From an uncultured Bifidobacteriaceae bacterium (GTDB lineage: Bacteria; Verrucomicrobiota; Verrucomicrobiia; Limisphaerales; UBA11358), in the NCBI GenBank assembly GCA_964413165.1, contig CAYPSF010000001.1, forward strand, positions 1,238 through 65,237: DNA of 64,000 bases, written 5' to 3'. Below are positions 1 to 8,158 of this stretch, in pieces. Positions within the stretch are counted from its first letter, which is position 1; each line of letters starts with the position of its first letter. A program made the position numbers and the translations under genes. A model generated the notes under the pieces. It was not told the DNA's origin. It saw nothing but the letters and a program-made list of their open reading frames with translations, and made no database searches.

Positions 1-228
1 GAGCAAGGATATCAGCATGTAGGCCGGTTTGATCCCGAAGGCCACCAGGACCACCAGCCATTGCTCGAACCGGCTCGTGTCGCGAAATGCGGCGGCCGGT
101 GCATTGTGCAATGCTGCCCACGCATCCACATGACCGAGCAGGAGCCAGTACAGCAGCAACGGCAGCAGCCCGGCCACGAGCACGCCGCCGCCGAACCACA
201 CCAGTGGTTTTTGCCGGTCCGTTTTCAT
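1..228 (-). CDS. Membrane protein, N-terminal part only (gene runs off the left edge)
   Basis: Absent from the ORF track because it is truncated. A reverse-strand ATG at ~226-228 overlaps the stop of the upstream radical SAM gene. It reads MKTDRQKPLVWFGGGVLVAGLLPLLLYWLLLG..., is hydrophobic and stays open to position 1. Confidence 0.4.
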   Translation of the reverse strand, partial: MKTDRQKPLVWFGGGVLVAGLLPLLLYWLLLGHVDAWAALHNAPAAAFRDTSRFEQWLVVLVAFGIKPAYMLISLL

Positions 229-1610
229 GATGAATTTCGTTTGAGGCAGTTGTGAACGCAGACGGGGATCAGCCGGCCGTCGAGCTGAGGATAAACCTGG
301 CAGCACTTCCGGGCCCGCGACAGGTCGAAAGTCTCCGGGTCCATGAACTGGTGGATGAAAATGGACTTCACCGACCGTTCGGCAACGGTCAAAGCCTGAC
401 GGGGCGAGTAGCCGCCGCCGGCCGTTGCGGAAGCCAGCAGCCGTCGAATGGCCCCGAGGGTTTTCTGAGAGTCGGGCGACAAGGCCGCCGGGCCGGACCA
501 AAGTTCATACACGGCCTCCGTGACGGCATTGAAACTTTCCGCGTCCGTGCCGAAAATGGCGCGGTTCTGAATCAGGTCCAGGTATCGCTCTGCGTTGACC
601 ATCTGCTTGATGGACACATGCCGCTGGTCTGCCACCTTCAAATAGAAGGCGAGTGAGAAACAAGCCGGATGGCTGCAAGGCAACGGGGAAAAATCATCGA
701 CAGAAACCGCGCCCGATCCGGCGCCGTTCAACGCTGCGATCACATCGGGAATGGTCACCGCTCCGGCGGGCCGCTGCTGCCTGGCGGCGCTGCCCGCATA
801 AGCCGCGGGTTGGAACATCACGCTCAGGATGTGGTCATGCCGAAACAACAGGTCGGCAATCTCCGCCAACTGGTGGTCATTGACTCCGCTGGCCACGGTG
901 GCGGTCAGCGACATGGATGAATCCAGTTCGCCGCACAAATCAATGAGCCGGCGTTTCTCCTCAAGCAACGGCCGGCCGCGCAGGGTCTGGTAGATGTCAT
1001 CGCTCAAGCCGTCAATTTGCAGCGACACAATCACGCGGCGTTGTGCCAAAAACTCCAGCAGTTCCCGGTTTCGCGCCAGGACCGAACCATTGGTGGAAAC
1101 GCTGACGCGCAGAATTTCCTTCCGCGAAACGCATTCCTCTACGATTTCCAGGAAATGAGGATTCAGCGTCGGTTCGCCCCCGGAAAGATTGAGCACGTCA
1201 ATCTGTCCTTCGGACTGGATGAGTCCATCCAGCACCCGTGCGACCTCCGCGCGGGTCCAGTGGTGGCGGCCGGGATTGGTGACCAGGCAGATGGGACAGT
1301 CCCAGTTGCAATGGTCGGTGATCTCGAGAATCGGCAGACAGACATGTTGTTCATGCTGCGGGCAGATGCCGCAGGAATCCGGACAGCCCGCCGCCTTCGT
1401 TGCGAATGCCAGCGGCATGGACGCCTGGCGGTGGAAATGTCCCAGCTTTAAATACGATTCGGCGTCGCCATGAATCCGCGCCTTTTGCCGGCCGTGCTCG
1501 GGGCATTCCTTTTGCATCCAGACACTGCCATTCTCCACGAAAATCTGCGCCGGAACCAGCCGTCGGCAGATCCGGCAAGTCGATTGAGTCGTGGTCAGGT
1601 ACTCATTCAT
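225..1610 (-). CDS. Radical SAM enzyme with N-terminal zinc-ribbon (COG1964/MJ0619/Tes-like architecture), paralog 1
   Basis: 461 aa. Motifs: C12xxC15...C36PEH39G ribbon, GCPDSCGICPQHEQHVC cysteine cluster, CNWDCPIC (CX3CX2C radical SAM motif), GGEPT SAM-binding motif, and C-terminal Cys motifs CSHPAC and KCC...IPVCVHN. Confidence 0.85.
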   Translation of the reverse strand: MNEYLTTTQSTCRICRRLVPAQIFVENGSVWMQKECPEHGRQKARIHGDAESYLKLGHFHRQASMPLAFATKAAGCPDSCGICPQHEQHVCLPILEITDHCNWDCPICLVTNPGRHHWTRAEVARVLDGLIQSEGQIDVLNLSGGEPTLNPHFLEIVEECVSRKEILRVSVSTNGSVLARNRELLEFLAQRRVIVSLQIDGLSDDIYQTLRGRPLLEEKRRLIDLCGELDSSMSLTATVASGVNDHQLAEIADLLFRHDHILSVMFQPAAYAGSAARQQRPAGAVTIPDVIAALNGAGSGAVSVDDFSPLPCSHPACFSLAFYLKVADQRHVSIKQMVNAERYLDLIQNRAIFGTDAESFNAVTEAVYELWSGPAALSPDSQKTLGAIRRLLASATAGGGYSPRQALTVAERSVKSIFIHQFMDPETFDLSRARKCCQVYPQLDGRLIPVCVHNCLKRNSS

Positions 1611-2193
1611 GAGATTTCATTTCCGGAGTGGCGGAGTTTCTCAGGGGTACAATCCGCGCCGGGTTGCCGATGGCGGCCTTGCCGGCCGGAACGTCACGTC
1701 CGGCCACCGCCCCGGCCACCACCACCGCCCCTTCGCCAATTTCCACGCCATGGCCGATGATGGCAAAACCACCGACGATGACGCCCTTGCGAAGGCGGAC
1801 CCGCCCGGCTTCAAAATGGTCGCGGTCAAATGCGTGGAGAAAAATCCTGACACCCACGCCCAGCATCACTTCGTCCTCAAGGGTCAATAGTTCCGGGAAG
1901 CTTGGGTCGATCCACACGTCGGTGGAAATAAAGACATCGCGGCCCACCTGCGCGCCTGACCAACGCAGCATGGCAATCTTGAGCGTGTTGAACGGGAGCT
2001 TCAGCGCGGTCAGCAGCAGGGTTGATTTAAAATAGAACCATAAGGTCGCCGGCCAGGCCTGGTCGCACGGACAGAAGCCCGTTGGCTGTGAAGGGTGACA
2101 GGTCGGCCAGGAGAAGAGGCGTTCCGTCGTCTGACTGGCAAGGAACTCCCGGAATTTTTCCTGTCCGGCAGACAGTGATGAGGGAGTTTTCAT
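1603..2193 (-). CDS. Left-handed beta-helix (hexapeptide-repeat) acyl/acetyltransferase
   Basis: 196 aa. The C-terminal half has hexapeptide-like periodicity (GVGVRIF...GVIVGGFAIIGHGVEIGEGAVVVAGAVAGRDVPAGKAAIGNPARIV). There is an 8-bp overlap with the downstream radical SAM gene. Confidence 0.75.
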   Translation of the reverse strand: MKTPSSLSAGQEKFREFLASQTTERLFSWPTCHPSQPTGFCPCDQAWPATLWFYFKSTLLLTALKLPFNTLKIAMLRWSGAQVGRDVFISTDVWIDPSFPELLTLEDEVMLGVGVRIFLHAFDRDHFEAGRVRLRKGVIVGGFAIIGHGVEIGEGAVVVAGAVAGRDVPAGKAAIGNPARIVPLRNSATPEMKSHE

Positions 2194-2216
2194 GCGTCAA
2201 CTCTCAAGCGCTGATG

Positions 2217-2332
2217 CCCCAGCACCAAAAAAACTCCAAACCCCAAACCCCAGGAACGCATTCGGGGTTCGTCGCCATTTCGAATTTGGCGCTTGGTGCT
2301 TATTTGGAGTTTGGTCATTGGGTTTTGGGGTT
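2217..2332. repeat. Intergenic imperfect hairpin element built of 7-bp-periodic units (CCAAACC type)
   Basis: Left arm ...caccaaaaaaactccaaaccccaaaccccagg. Right arm gcttggtgcttatttggagtttggtcattgggttttggggtt. The arms are mutually complementary (caccaa/ttggtg, actccaaa/tttggagt, ccaaaccccaaaccc/gggttttgggg). It fills the gap between two operon genes. Confidence 0.7.
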
Positions 2333-2336
2333 ATAT

Positions 2337-3746
2337 TCAAACGCACCAGAAGCGCGGGTCTTTTTGCCGGTAAAAAAGGTTGTACGCGCAGGCCGGAATC
2401 AGGCGGCCTTCCGGATCCGGCACCTGGTCCGGGCAGGCCACCAGCCGCGCCAGATCGAGCGTGTCCTCGTCCATGTGCGAATGGATGTAAACCGCCAGGA
2501 GTGATTCTTCGGCGACCGCCTGTCGTGCCGCCCGGGTCAGTGCCTGCCCCTGGGGATACATCCGTTCCACCAATCCGCGGATGGCCGGCAGGAGTTTTGA
2601 ATCATCGCCGGCTGCCCACAGCCGGTCGATGGCCGCCCGGAAAACTTCCTGGCTGTCATCCTCCGGTTGCAGGAGATAACCCTGTCCCAGCATCTGCCGC
2701 AGTTCCGCCACGGTGAGAAAATCCGTCAGAGACCGGTACGCACCGTTGTCCTTGAGATAATACGCGACGCTGTAACAGAGCGGATGCGCCCCGGCATGCG
2801 GGAAAAAGTGGGCCGCACCCATGGCGCCCCCGGTGGCGGATTCGATCGCCTTCACCGCGCCGTCCAGCGGCATGGTTTCCCGCGGCCGGAAATTTTTCCC
2901 ACCCTGGCCGGTAAAGGTCATCGTCTGAATGGTCACACTGCGCACCACCGGGTGGGCCCGGGCCAGTTCAATGACCCGTCCGATCTCGTCTTCGTTAACT
3001 CCCCGAATCATCACGTTGAGCAAAGTCGTGCCGATGCCGAAGCGTTGCAGGTTTTCCAGCGCCCGGTGTTTCAGACCCACCACATCCTTGCCGTAAATTT
3101 TCAATGCCCGGTCGGCCTGAAACGTGTCGAAGGAAAGAATCACATAAACCCCGAGGTCGGCCAGCGCCCGGCACAAATCTTCGTTGGTCGCCAGTCGCAG
3201 GCCGTTGGAGTTCATGGTCACGCGCCCGATTTCCGGCCGGCGGCATTCCCGCAACAGCTCCACGATCTGCGGATGCATGGTCGGCTCCCCGCCCGTGATG
3301 TTCATCAGGTCAAACGGACCGGCGCGGGCGATGAGTTTGTCGAGCAACGATCGCAGTTCCTCGCGCGTCATGAAATATTTCCGGTCCGGCCGGTTGTAAG
3401 TGAAGCAAATCGGACAATCCAGGTTGCACGCGTTGGTCACCGAAAACACCGGCAGATGGCAGGCATTGGCGTGGAAGCTGCAGGGACCGCAATCGTGCGG
3501 ACAACCCCGATGAACTTCGCCTCCCGGCAGCCGGGCCGGTTTGCAACGCACCGTCGTGGCCACGCGGTCCAGGTACCATTCCACCCCGTCGGCAATCCGC
3601 ACCCGGCTTGTCCCGCATTTCGGGCACAGCCGTTCCTGATAAACCGCGCCACCTTTCTCCAGAATCCGCGCGGGAAGCAGGGCGCGACATTCCCGGCACA
3701 TGCCGCGCACGGTTCCCAGGTAAGTGTAGGATCGGGAAGGCCTCAT
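2337..3746 (-). CDS. Radical SAM enzyme with N-terminal zinc-ribbon (COG1964/MJ0619/Tes-like architecture), paralog 2
   Basis: 469 aa. Motifs: C17xxC20...C41xxC44 ribbon, GCPHDCGPCSFHANAC cluster, CNLDCPIC radical SAM motif, GGEPT, and C-terminal ACPDQ...IPACAYN. It is colinear with the 225..1610 product. Confidence 0.85.
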   Translation of the reverse strand: MRPSRSYTYLGTVRGMCRECRALLPARILEKGGAVYQERLCPKCGTSRVRIADGVEWYLDRVATTVRCKPARLPGGEVHRGCPHDCGPCSFHANACHLPVFSVTNACNLDCPICFTYNRPDRKYFMTREELRSLLDKLIARAGPFDLMNITGGEPTMHPQIVELLRECRRPEIGRVTMNSNGLRLATNEDLCRALADLGVYVILSFDTFQADRALKIYGKDVVGLKHRALENLQRFGIGTTLLNVMIRGVNEDEIGRVIELARAHPVVRSVTIQTMTFTGQGGKNFRPRETMPLDGAVKAIESATGGAMGAAHFFPHAGAHPLCYSVAYYLKDNGAYRSLTDFLTVAELRQMLGQGYLLQPEDDSQEVFRAAIDRLWAAGDDSKLLPAIRGLVERMYPQGQALTRAARQAVAEESLLAVYIHSHMDEDTLDLARLVACPDQVPDPEGRLIPACAYNLFYRQKDPRFWCV

Positions 3747-4204
3747 GCGATGACGGCCTCCTCCGGTTCGTAAATCTCCGAGAAGAGCACGCGCAGGTTG
3801 GCCGGATCCATCAGTTCCGCTGCAGGTACGGGCACAGCCAGGCAGCCCAGTCCGCTGATGATTGTCTGACCATTCACCCGTCCTTCGCCCGACAACTCAT
3901 ATCCGTCATCCCGCTGACGTGCGAGGGTCACCTTCATCTGCAATTGTTGACCCGGCAAAAGAAAACCGTGGAAGCGCACTTCGGAAATTCGCACCACCAT
4001 GCCGGTTTCCTTGAAGTCCGATGACAGCAGGATGAGCCAGTTGCCCAGTTGCAAAAAACTTTCCAGCAGCAAGGTCTCCGGCAACCGGGGCTCGTCGCCA
4101 AAAAATTCCTTCAGGCAGTATTCCTCGAAGGACACCGCCTTGATGCCGCTGATGCTTTGATATGGCGACCAGGCGACGATTTTGTCCACGAGCCGGAATT
4201 TCAT
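3743..4204 (-). CDS. Hotdog-fold (FabA/FabZ-like) beta-hydroxyacyl-ACP dehydratase
   Basis: 153 aa. It starts MKFRLVDKIV, the same N-terminal signature as the other dehydratase in the cluster (MRFFLLDKIT). Size and position are consistent with a hotdog fold. It overlaps both neighbours by 1-4 bp. Confidence 0.65.
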   Translation of the reverse strand: MKFRLVDKIVAWSPYQSISGIKAVSFEEYCLKEFFGDEPRLPETLLLESFLQLGNWLILLSSDFKETGMVVRISEVRFHGFLLPGQQLQMKVTLARQRDDGYELSGEGRVNGQTIISGLGCLAVPVPAAELMDPANLRVLFSEIYEPEEAVIA

Positions 4205-4938
4205 CAGATGCCTCCATCAATCTGGATCACCTGCGCGTTGATATAGCTGGCGCGGTCGCTGGCCAGGAACGCCACCAGTTCGGCGACTTCTTCCGGCTTG
4301 CCCGCCCGGCCCGCCGTGCAATGTTGCACATAGTCCTCGCGCTGTTTGTCCGGAACCAGGCCGCTCACGCCCCCTTCCAGGAGGCCGGGAACGACGGCGT
4401 TTACCCGGATGTGGTAACGCGCAAGTTCGCGGGCGAGCGACAGCGTGAAACCAACCACGGCGCTCTTGGCGGTGGCATAATGCACCGGTACTTCCAGTAC
4501 GCGAGCTCCGGCGAGCGAGCCCAGGTTGACCACCGCGCCGGTCTTCCGCCGGATCATGGTGCGCACGAACGCCTTGGTGACCAGGAACATGCCCTTCACG
4601 TTCACATCCATCATCCGGTCCCAATCCGCCTCTTCGATGAGCGCAAACGGCATGATCTGGGTGACCCCGGCGTTGTTGACCAGGATGTCCACGGGACCGA
4701 GTTCCTGCTCGATTTGTTCCGCCAATCGTGCCGTACCGGCGGCGTCAACGACGTCCAGAGAGTATCCTTTGACCGTGTGCTTTTTGGCGGCCAGTTCTTT
4801 TTCGAGCTGACGCGCCTTGTCCTCCTGGCGGTTGAATGAAAAGGCCACCTGCGCACCATGTTCGGCCAGGCAACGAACAATCGCCGCGCCCACCGCGCCG
4901 GTCCCGCCGGTGACAAATGCTTTTCGACGTTCAAGCAT
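4204..4938 (-). CDS. SDR-family 3-oxoacyl-ACP reductase (FabG-like) 1
   Basis: 244 aa. Motifs: VTGGTGAVG Rossmann motif, NNAG, and YATAKSAV (YxxxK catalytic motif). Confidence 0.9.
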   Translation of the reverse strand: MLERRKAFVTGGTGAVGAAIVRCLAEHGAQVAFSFNRQEDKARQLEKELAAKKHTVKGYSLDVVDAAGTARLAEQIEQELGPVDILVNNAGVTQIMPFALIEEADWDRMMDVNVKGMFLVTKAFVRTMIRRKTGAVVNLGSLAGARVLEVPVHYATAKSAVVGFTLSLARELARYHIRVNAVVPGLLEGGVSGLVPDKQREDYVQHCTAGRAGKPEEVAELVAFLASDRASYINAQVIQIDGGI

Positions 4939-5344
4939 GGACCGCTCCTTCCGTCTTGGCCGCCAGTTTGCGGGCGATAAGTTGGACGAAAAAGGAAACC
5001 GTCAGCAACGACGGCAGATCCATTTTTCGCAGGCCTTTGGGAAATTTGCCGGGATCCAGTTCCGGCAGGGACTTCCGGATTTCCCCAATGGCCGCATCCG
5101 TCAAGTAACCGTCTTTTTCGTACACGCCATCCGGGAGCCGTTTGATGGCCTCCCGTTCCATTTCATTCGCTTCGATGCGAACCGCAAACTTCTCCTCGAT
5201 GCGGAAGCTGAGGTCGAGCAGATCGATGGACTCCGCGCCCAGGTCGGAAACCAGCACGCTTTCGAGCCGGATCTTTTCCGGTGCCACCCCCAGCACTTCC
5301 ACGAGCAAGGGTTTCAATTCCGCAAAAATTTCCGGTTGGGTCAT
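4931..5344 (-). CDS. Acyl carrier protein with ~55-aa C-terminal extension
   Basis: Internal ATG giving MTQPEIFAELKPLLVEVLGV... DLGAESIDLLDL is the phosphopantetheine attachment motif. The ORF-track N-extension (to 5500) is Arg/Pro-rich and overlaps the nitroreductase gene, so I rejected it. Confidence 0.8.
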   Translation of the reverse strand: MTQPEIFAELKPLLVEVLGVAPEKIRLESVLVSDLGAESIDLLDLSFRIEEKFAVRIEANEMEREAIKRLPDGVYEKDGYLTDAAIGEIRKSLPELDPGKFPKGLRKMDLPSLLTVSFFVQLIARKLAAKTEGAVHA

Positions 5345-5345
5345 A

Positions 5346-5987
5346 TCAATCCTTCGTTCGCCGGGGTTGGTTCCTGAACTCGACGATTTGTTCGATGGCC
5401 TTCCGCCGCGGTGGCGGCGGCGACTCGGCCGGATGTCCCAACGCCACCAGACAGGTGAGGTTGTGACCGGCGGGCAAATCCAGCGCCTCAGCCAGAGCAT
5501 CCTGGACCAGCAGCGGTCCGGTCAGCACACAGGTCCCGAGCCCCAGGGCCTGCGCCGCCAGCAACAGATTCTGCACCGCCATCGCCGCGCTCAACGGCTC
5601 GCCGGAAACCAGGTCGGGATTTTTGAGTCCGGCCAGCACCGGCGCGGACACGCTGACCGGCTGCTTGTGCAACACCGCCAGGAGCACCGGGGCGGTTGAA
5701 AAGCAAGTGGCGTAATGGATGAACTCCCCGGCGTGGGCGGCGGCCGTTTCCGGCAAGGCCTTCATCTTTTCCGACAAACCCCGGCTGACGGTTTCCGCCA
5801 GATGACTGATTTGTTGTTTGTCCTCGATCACGAGGAATCTCCACGGCTGGCGGTTGTGGTTCGACGGGGCCCAGCGCGCAGCTTCGAGCAGACGCACCAG
5901 GTCTTCCCGACTGACGGCGCGGTCGGAAAACCGGCGAATCGAACGCCGCAACCGGATCAACTCCAAAAGCCGGTAGTAATCGCTCAT
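5346..5987 (-). CDS. Nitroreductase-family FMN oxidoreductase
   Basis: 213 aa. RRSIRRFSDRAVSREDLVRLLEAARWAPSNHNRQPWRF is the typical nitroreductase N-terminal signature. Confidence 0.85.
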   Translation of the reverse strand: MSDYYRLLELIRLRRSIRRFSDRAVSREDLVRLLEAARWAPSNHNRQPWRFLVIEDKQQISHLAETVSRGLSEKMKALPETAAAHAGEFIHYATCFSTAPVLLAVLHKQPVSVSAPVLAGLKNPDLVSGEPLSAAMAVQNLLLAAQALGLGTCVLTGPLLVQDALAEALDLPAGHNLTCLVALGHPAESPPPPRRKAIEQIVEFRNQPRRTKD

Positions 5988-6721
5988 AGGTTCAATCCGA
6001 AACCGCCGTCCACGTGGAATACCTGTCCGGTGATGTAGGACGCTTCGTCAGAAGCCAGAAAACCTGCCAGGCCTGCTACCTCCTCCGGTTGCCCCGCCCG
6101 GCCCAGGAGGACGTGCGATCGCACGCGTTCGGAATGTTTCTCCAATACAGCGCGCGACATGTCCGTGACGATCACGCCGGGAGCGATGGCGTTGACCAGA
6201 ATGCCCCGCGGCGCCAATTCGATGGCCAGCGCGCGGGTCAGCCCCTCCAGTCCCGCCTTGGCGGCGGCATAATTCGCCTGTCCCCGCCCGCCCCGGCTGG
6301 CGACTACGGAGGAAATGTTGAGGATGCGGCCCCAGCGCTTCGTCACCATGAATTTGGCGCCGGCGCGGGATAAATTGAAGGCCCCGGTCAAACAAACCTT
6401 GAGCACCCGTTCCCACGCGTCGTCACCGGTGGCCAGGGCCGGCGATTCATCCGTGATGCCCGCATTGTTCACCAGAATGTCCAGGCCACCAAAACATTCC
6501 TTGACCGCCGCGACCGCCTGGTTGCACGAGGACGGTTGGGTTACGTCGAGTTGAACCGGGAAAGCTGTGCCTCCGGCACGTTGAATCTCCTCAACCACGG
6601 ACCGGGCCGCATCGGCGCGTTCGCGGAAACCCACGGCGACGCTGTGTCCCCGCCGGGCCAGCTCCAACGCGATCGCCTTGCCGATGCCGCGTGAAGCTCC
6701 GCTGACTAGAACTGATTTCAC
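5984..6721 (-). CDS. SDR-family 3-oxoacyl-ACP reductase (FabG-like) 2
   Basis: 245 aa. Motifs: VSGASRGIGKAIA, NNAGI, YAAAKAGLEG. Confidence 0.9.
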   Translation of the reverse strand: MKSVLVSGASRGIGKAIALELARRGHSVAVGFRERADAARSVVEEIQRAGGTAFPVQLDVTQPSSCNQAVAAVKECFGGLDILVNNAGITDESPALATGDDAWERVLKVCLTGAFNLSRAGAKFMVTKRWGRILNISSVVASRGGRGQANYAAAKAGLEGLTRALAIELAPRGILVNAIAPGVIVTDMSRAVLEKHSERVRSHVLLGRAGQPEEVAGLAGFLASDEASYITGQVFHVDGGFGLNL

Positions 6722-6895
6722 AAATCACTCGGGATGGGTGTGACTGCGGGCCGGGTAGATGCAGGCACAAAACCGCCCCTCATCCGACTCGTATAGAAAC
6801 TTTAGGGGGCGATTTGGGTCCACTCTCCACGAATCTTGCCAAATCCTTCACTTTCCTTGATTGGGCGCCGCAACCCGGCCGGTGAAACGACGTGT

Positions 6896-8158
6896 TCAGG
6901 AGTCGAATCGGCCGAAGACCAATGAGGCGTTCTGCCCGCCGAATCCGAACGAGTTGGACAGCACCGTCCGTCCTTCAAAACTGCGGCAGCCTTCGACCAC
7001 ATAATCGAGGTCACAGCGGGGGTCGGGATGTGCCAGGTTGATCGTGGGCGGCACTTTTCGGGCGTACAAAGTCATGGCCGAGGCAATGGCCTCCAACGCT
7101 CCACTGGTGGCAATCATGTGTCCGGTCATCGATTTGTTGGCGGTGACTGGAACGGCCCGGGCCTGCGCCCCCAGCGTCTGCTTGATGGCCAAAGTTTCAG
7201 CCACATCATTTTTGGGCGTTCCCGTGCCGTGGGCGTTGATGCAATGGATGTCTTCCGGCTGCAACCCGGCGTCCCGGATCGCCCGGGTCATGCTTGCCGC
7301 TGCGCCCCGGCCGTTCGGTTCCGGATCCGTGACCCGATAGGCGTCCAGTGACGAACCGTAGCCGAGGACCTCGGCGTAAATGTGCGCGCCGCGTTGCCGG
7401 GCGTGCTCCAGCGTCTCCAACACGATAAAAGCGGCGCCTTCCGCGAGGACCGTTCCTTGCCGTGTCGCATCAAACGGGCGGCAGGCTTTTTCCGGCCGTT
7501 CGTTTTCGGTGGAAAGGATTTGGAGCAGGCTGAACCCGCCGAGGGCCAGCGGATTCAACGTGCTGTCAGTGGCCCCGGCCAACGCCACGGCGGCGGTCCC
7601 ATCCCGCAACCGGCGGAAGGCCTCACCGACGACCTGTGCGCCCGCGGCACAGGCAGAACAATTTGTGTATCGTCCACGGTTCAAACCGTAATGATCGCCT
7701 AACATCTGGGTCAGCTTGTCCAGCGGCGTCTGGAGCCGGCATAGCGGTTCCTGGTTCAAAATCCGCCGCACGAAATCCCGCGCCGCGTCTGGCGCCTGAG
7801 CGATGGGAGTCACGTCCTCAAGGAAGAACGTCTCCAGGCTGACGCCGACGAAGAGCGGCGTGCTTTGAAGTATCTCTTGCGGCAGTCGGGCATCGGCGAT
7901 GGCCCCGGCGGCAGCGTCCAACCCCAGCCAGATCTTGCGGTCTTTCTCGCTTTCGGCTTCGGGAAATTCCCCCATCAATTCGCGCGGTGAAAAATTCTTC
8001 ACCTCGCCGCCAATGCGGACTGGCAGCGAGCTGGTATCGAACAGGGAAAGGGGGCCGATACCTGAACGTCCCGCCAGCAGGTTCTGCCAGAACTCGTTCA
8101 CCTTGCGTCCCAGCGATGTACAAAGCCCCAGGCCGGTGAGGACGACGCGGTGTTTCAT
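6896..8158 (-). CDS. Beta-ketoacyl-ACP synthase (FabF/KAS II-like, catalytically complete)
   Basis: 420 aa. Active-site Cys context TNCSACAAGAQ, INAHGTGTPKND (His), KSMTGHMIATSG (His), and C-terminal NSFGFGGQNASL. Confidence 0.9.
   Translation of the reverse strand: MKHRVVLTGLGLCTSLGRKVNEFWQNLLAGRSGIGPLSLFDTSSLPVRIGGEVKNFSPRELMGEFPEAESEKDRKIWLGLDAAAGAIADARLPQEILQSTPLFVGVSLETFFLEDVTPIAQAPDAARDFVRRILNQEPLCRLQTPLDKLTQMLGDHYGLNRGRYTNCSACAAGAQVVGEAFRRLRDGTAAVALAGATDSTLNPLALGGFSLLQILSTENERPEKACRPFDATRQGTVLAEGAAFIVLETLEHARQRGAHIYAEVLGYGSSLDAYRVTDPEPNGRGAAASMTRAIRDAGLQPEDIHCINAHGTGTPKNDVAETLAIKQTLGAQARAVPVTANKSMTGHMIATSGALEAIASAMTLYARKVPPTINLAHPDPRCDLDYVVEGCRSFEGRTVLSNSFGFGGQNASLVFGRFDS

Noticed and set aside
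61-1760. Plus-strand ORFs overlapping radical SAM 1 (61..255, 252..656, 653..883, 1017..1451, 1470..1760 and others)
   Set aside because: They are antisense or out of frame relative to a gene with clear radical SAM motifs. They have Arg/Gly/Pro-rich composition typical of non-coding frames in GC-rich DNA and no motifs.
2667-3773. 368-aa plus-strand ORF
   Set aside because: It is antisense to radical SAM 2, which has unmistakable CX3CX2C/GGEPT motifs. Its sequence is Arg/His/Pro-rich and low in information.
4931-5500. 189-aa version of the ACP ORF
   Set aside because: The first 52 codons (MLWLRRWICPP...RRHRGGRPS) overlap the nitroreductase gene and look non-coding. The internal ATG gives a normal ACP N-terminus.
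6773-6811. Possible minus-strand terminator hairpin (CGCCCC...GGGGCG followed by TTTTG) in the KS-KR gap
   Set aside because: The loop is ~25 nt, the stem is only 6-7 bp and the U-tract is weak. It is not strong enough to call. It remains a candidate sub-operon boundary.
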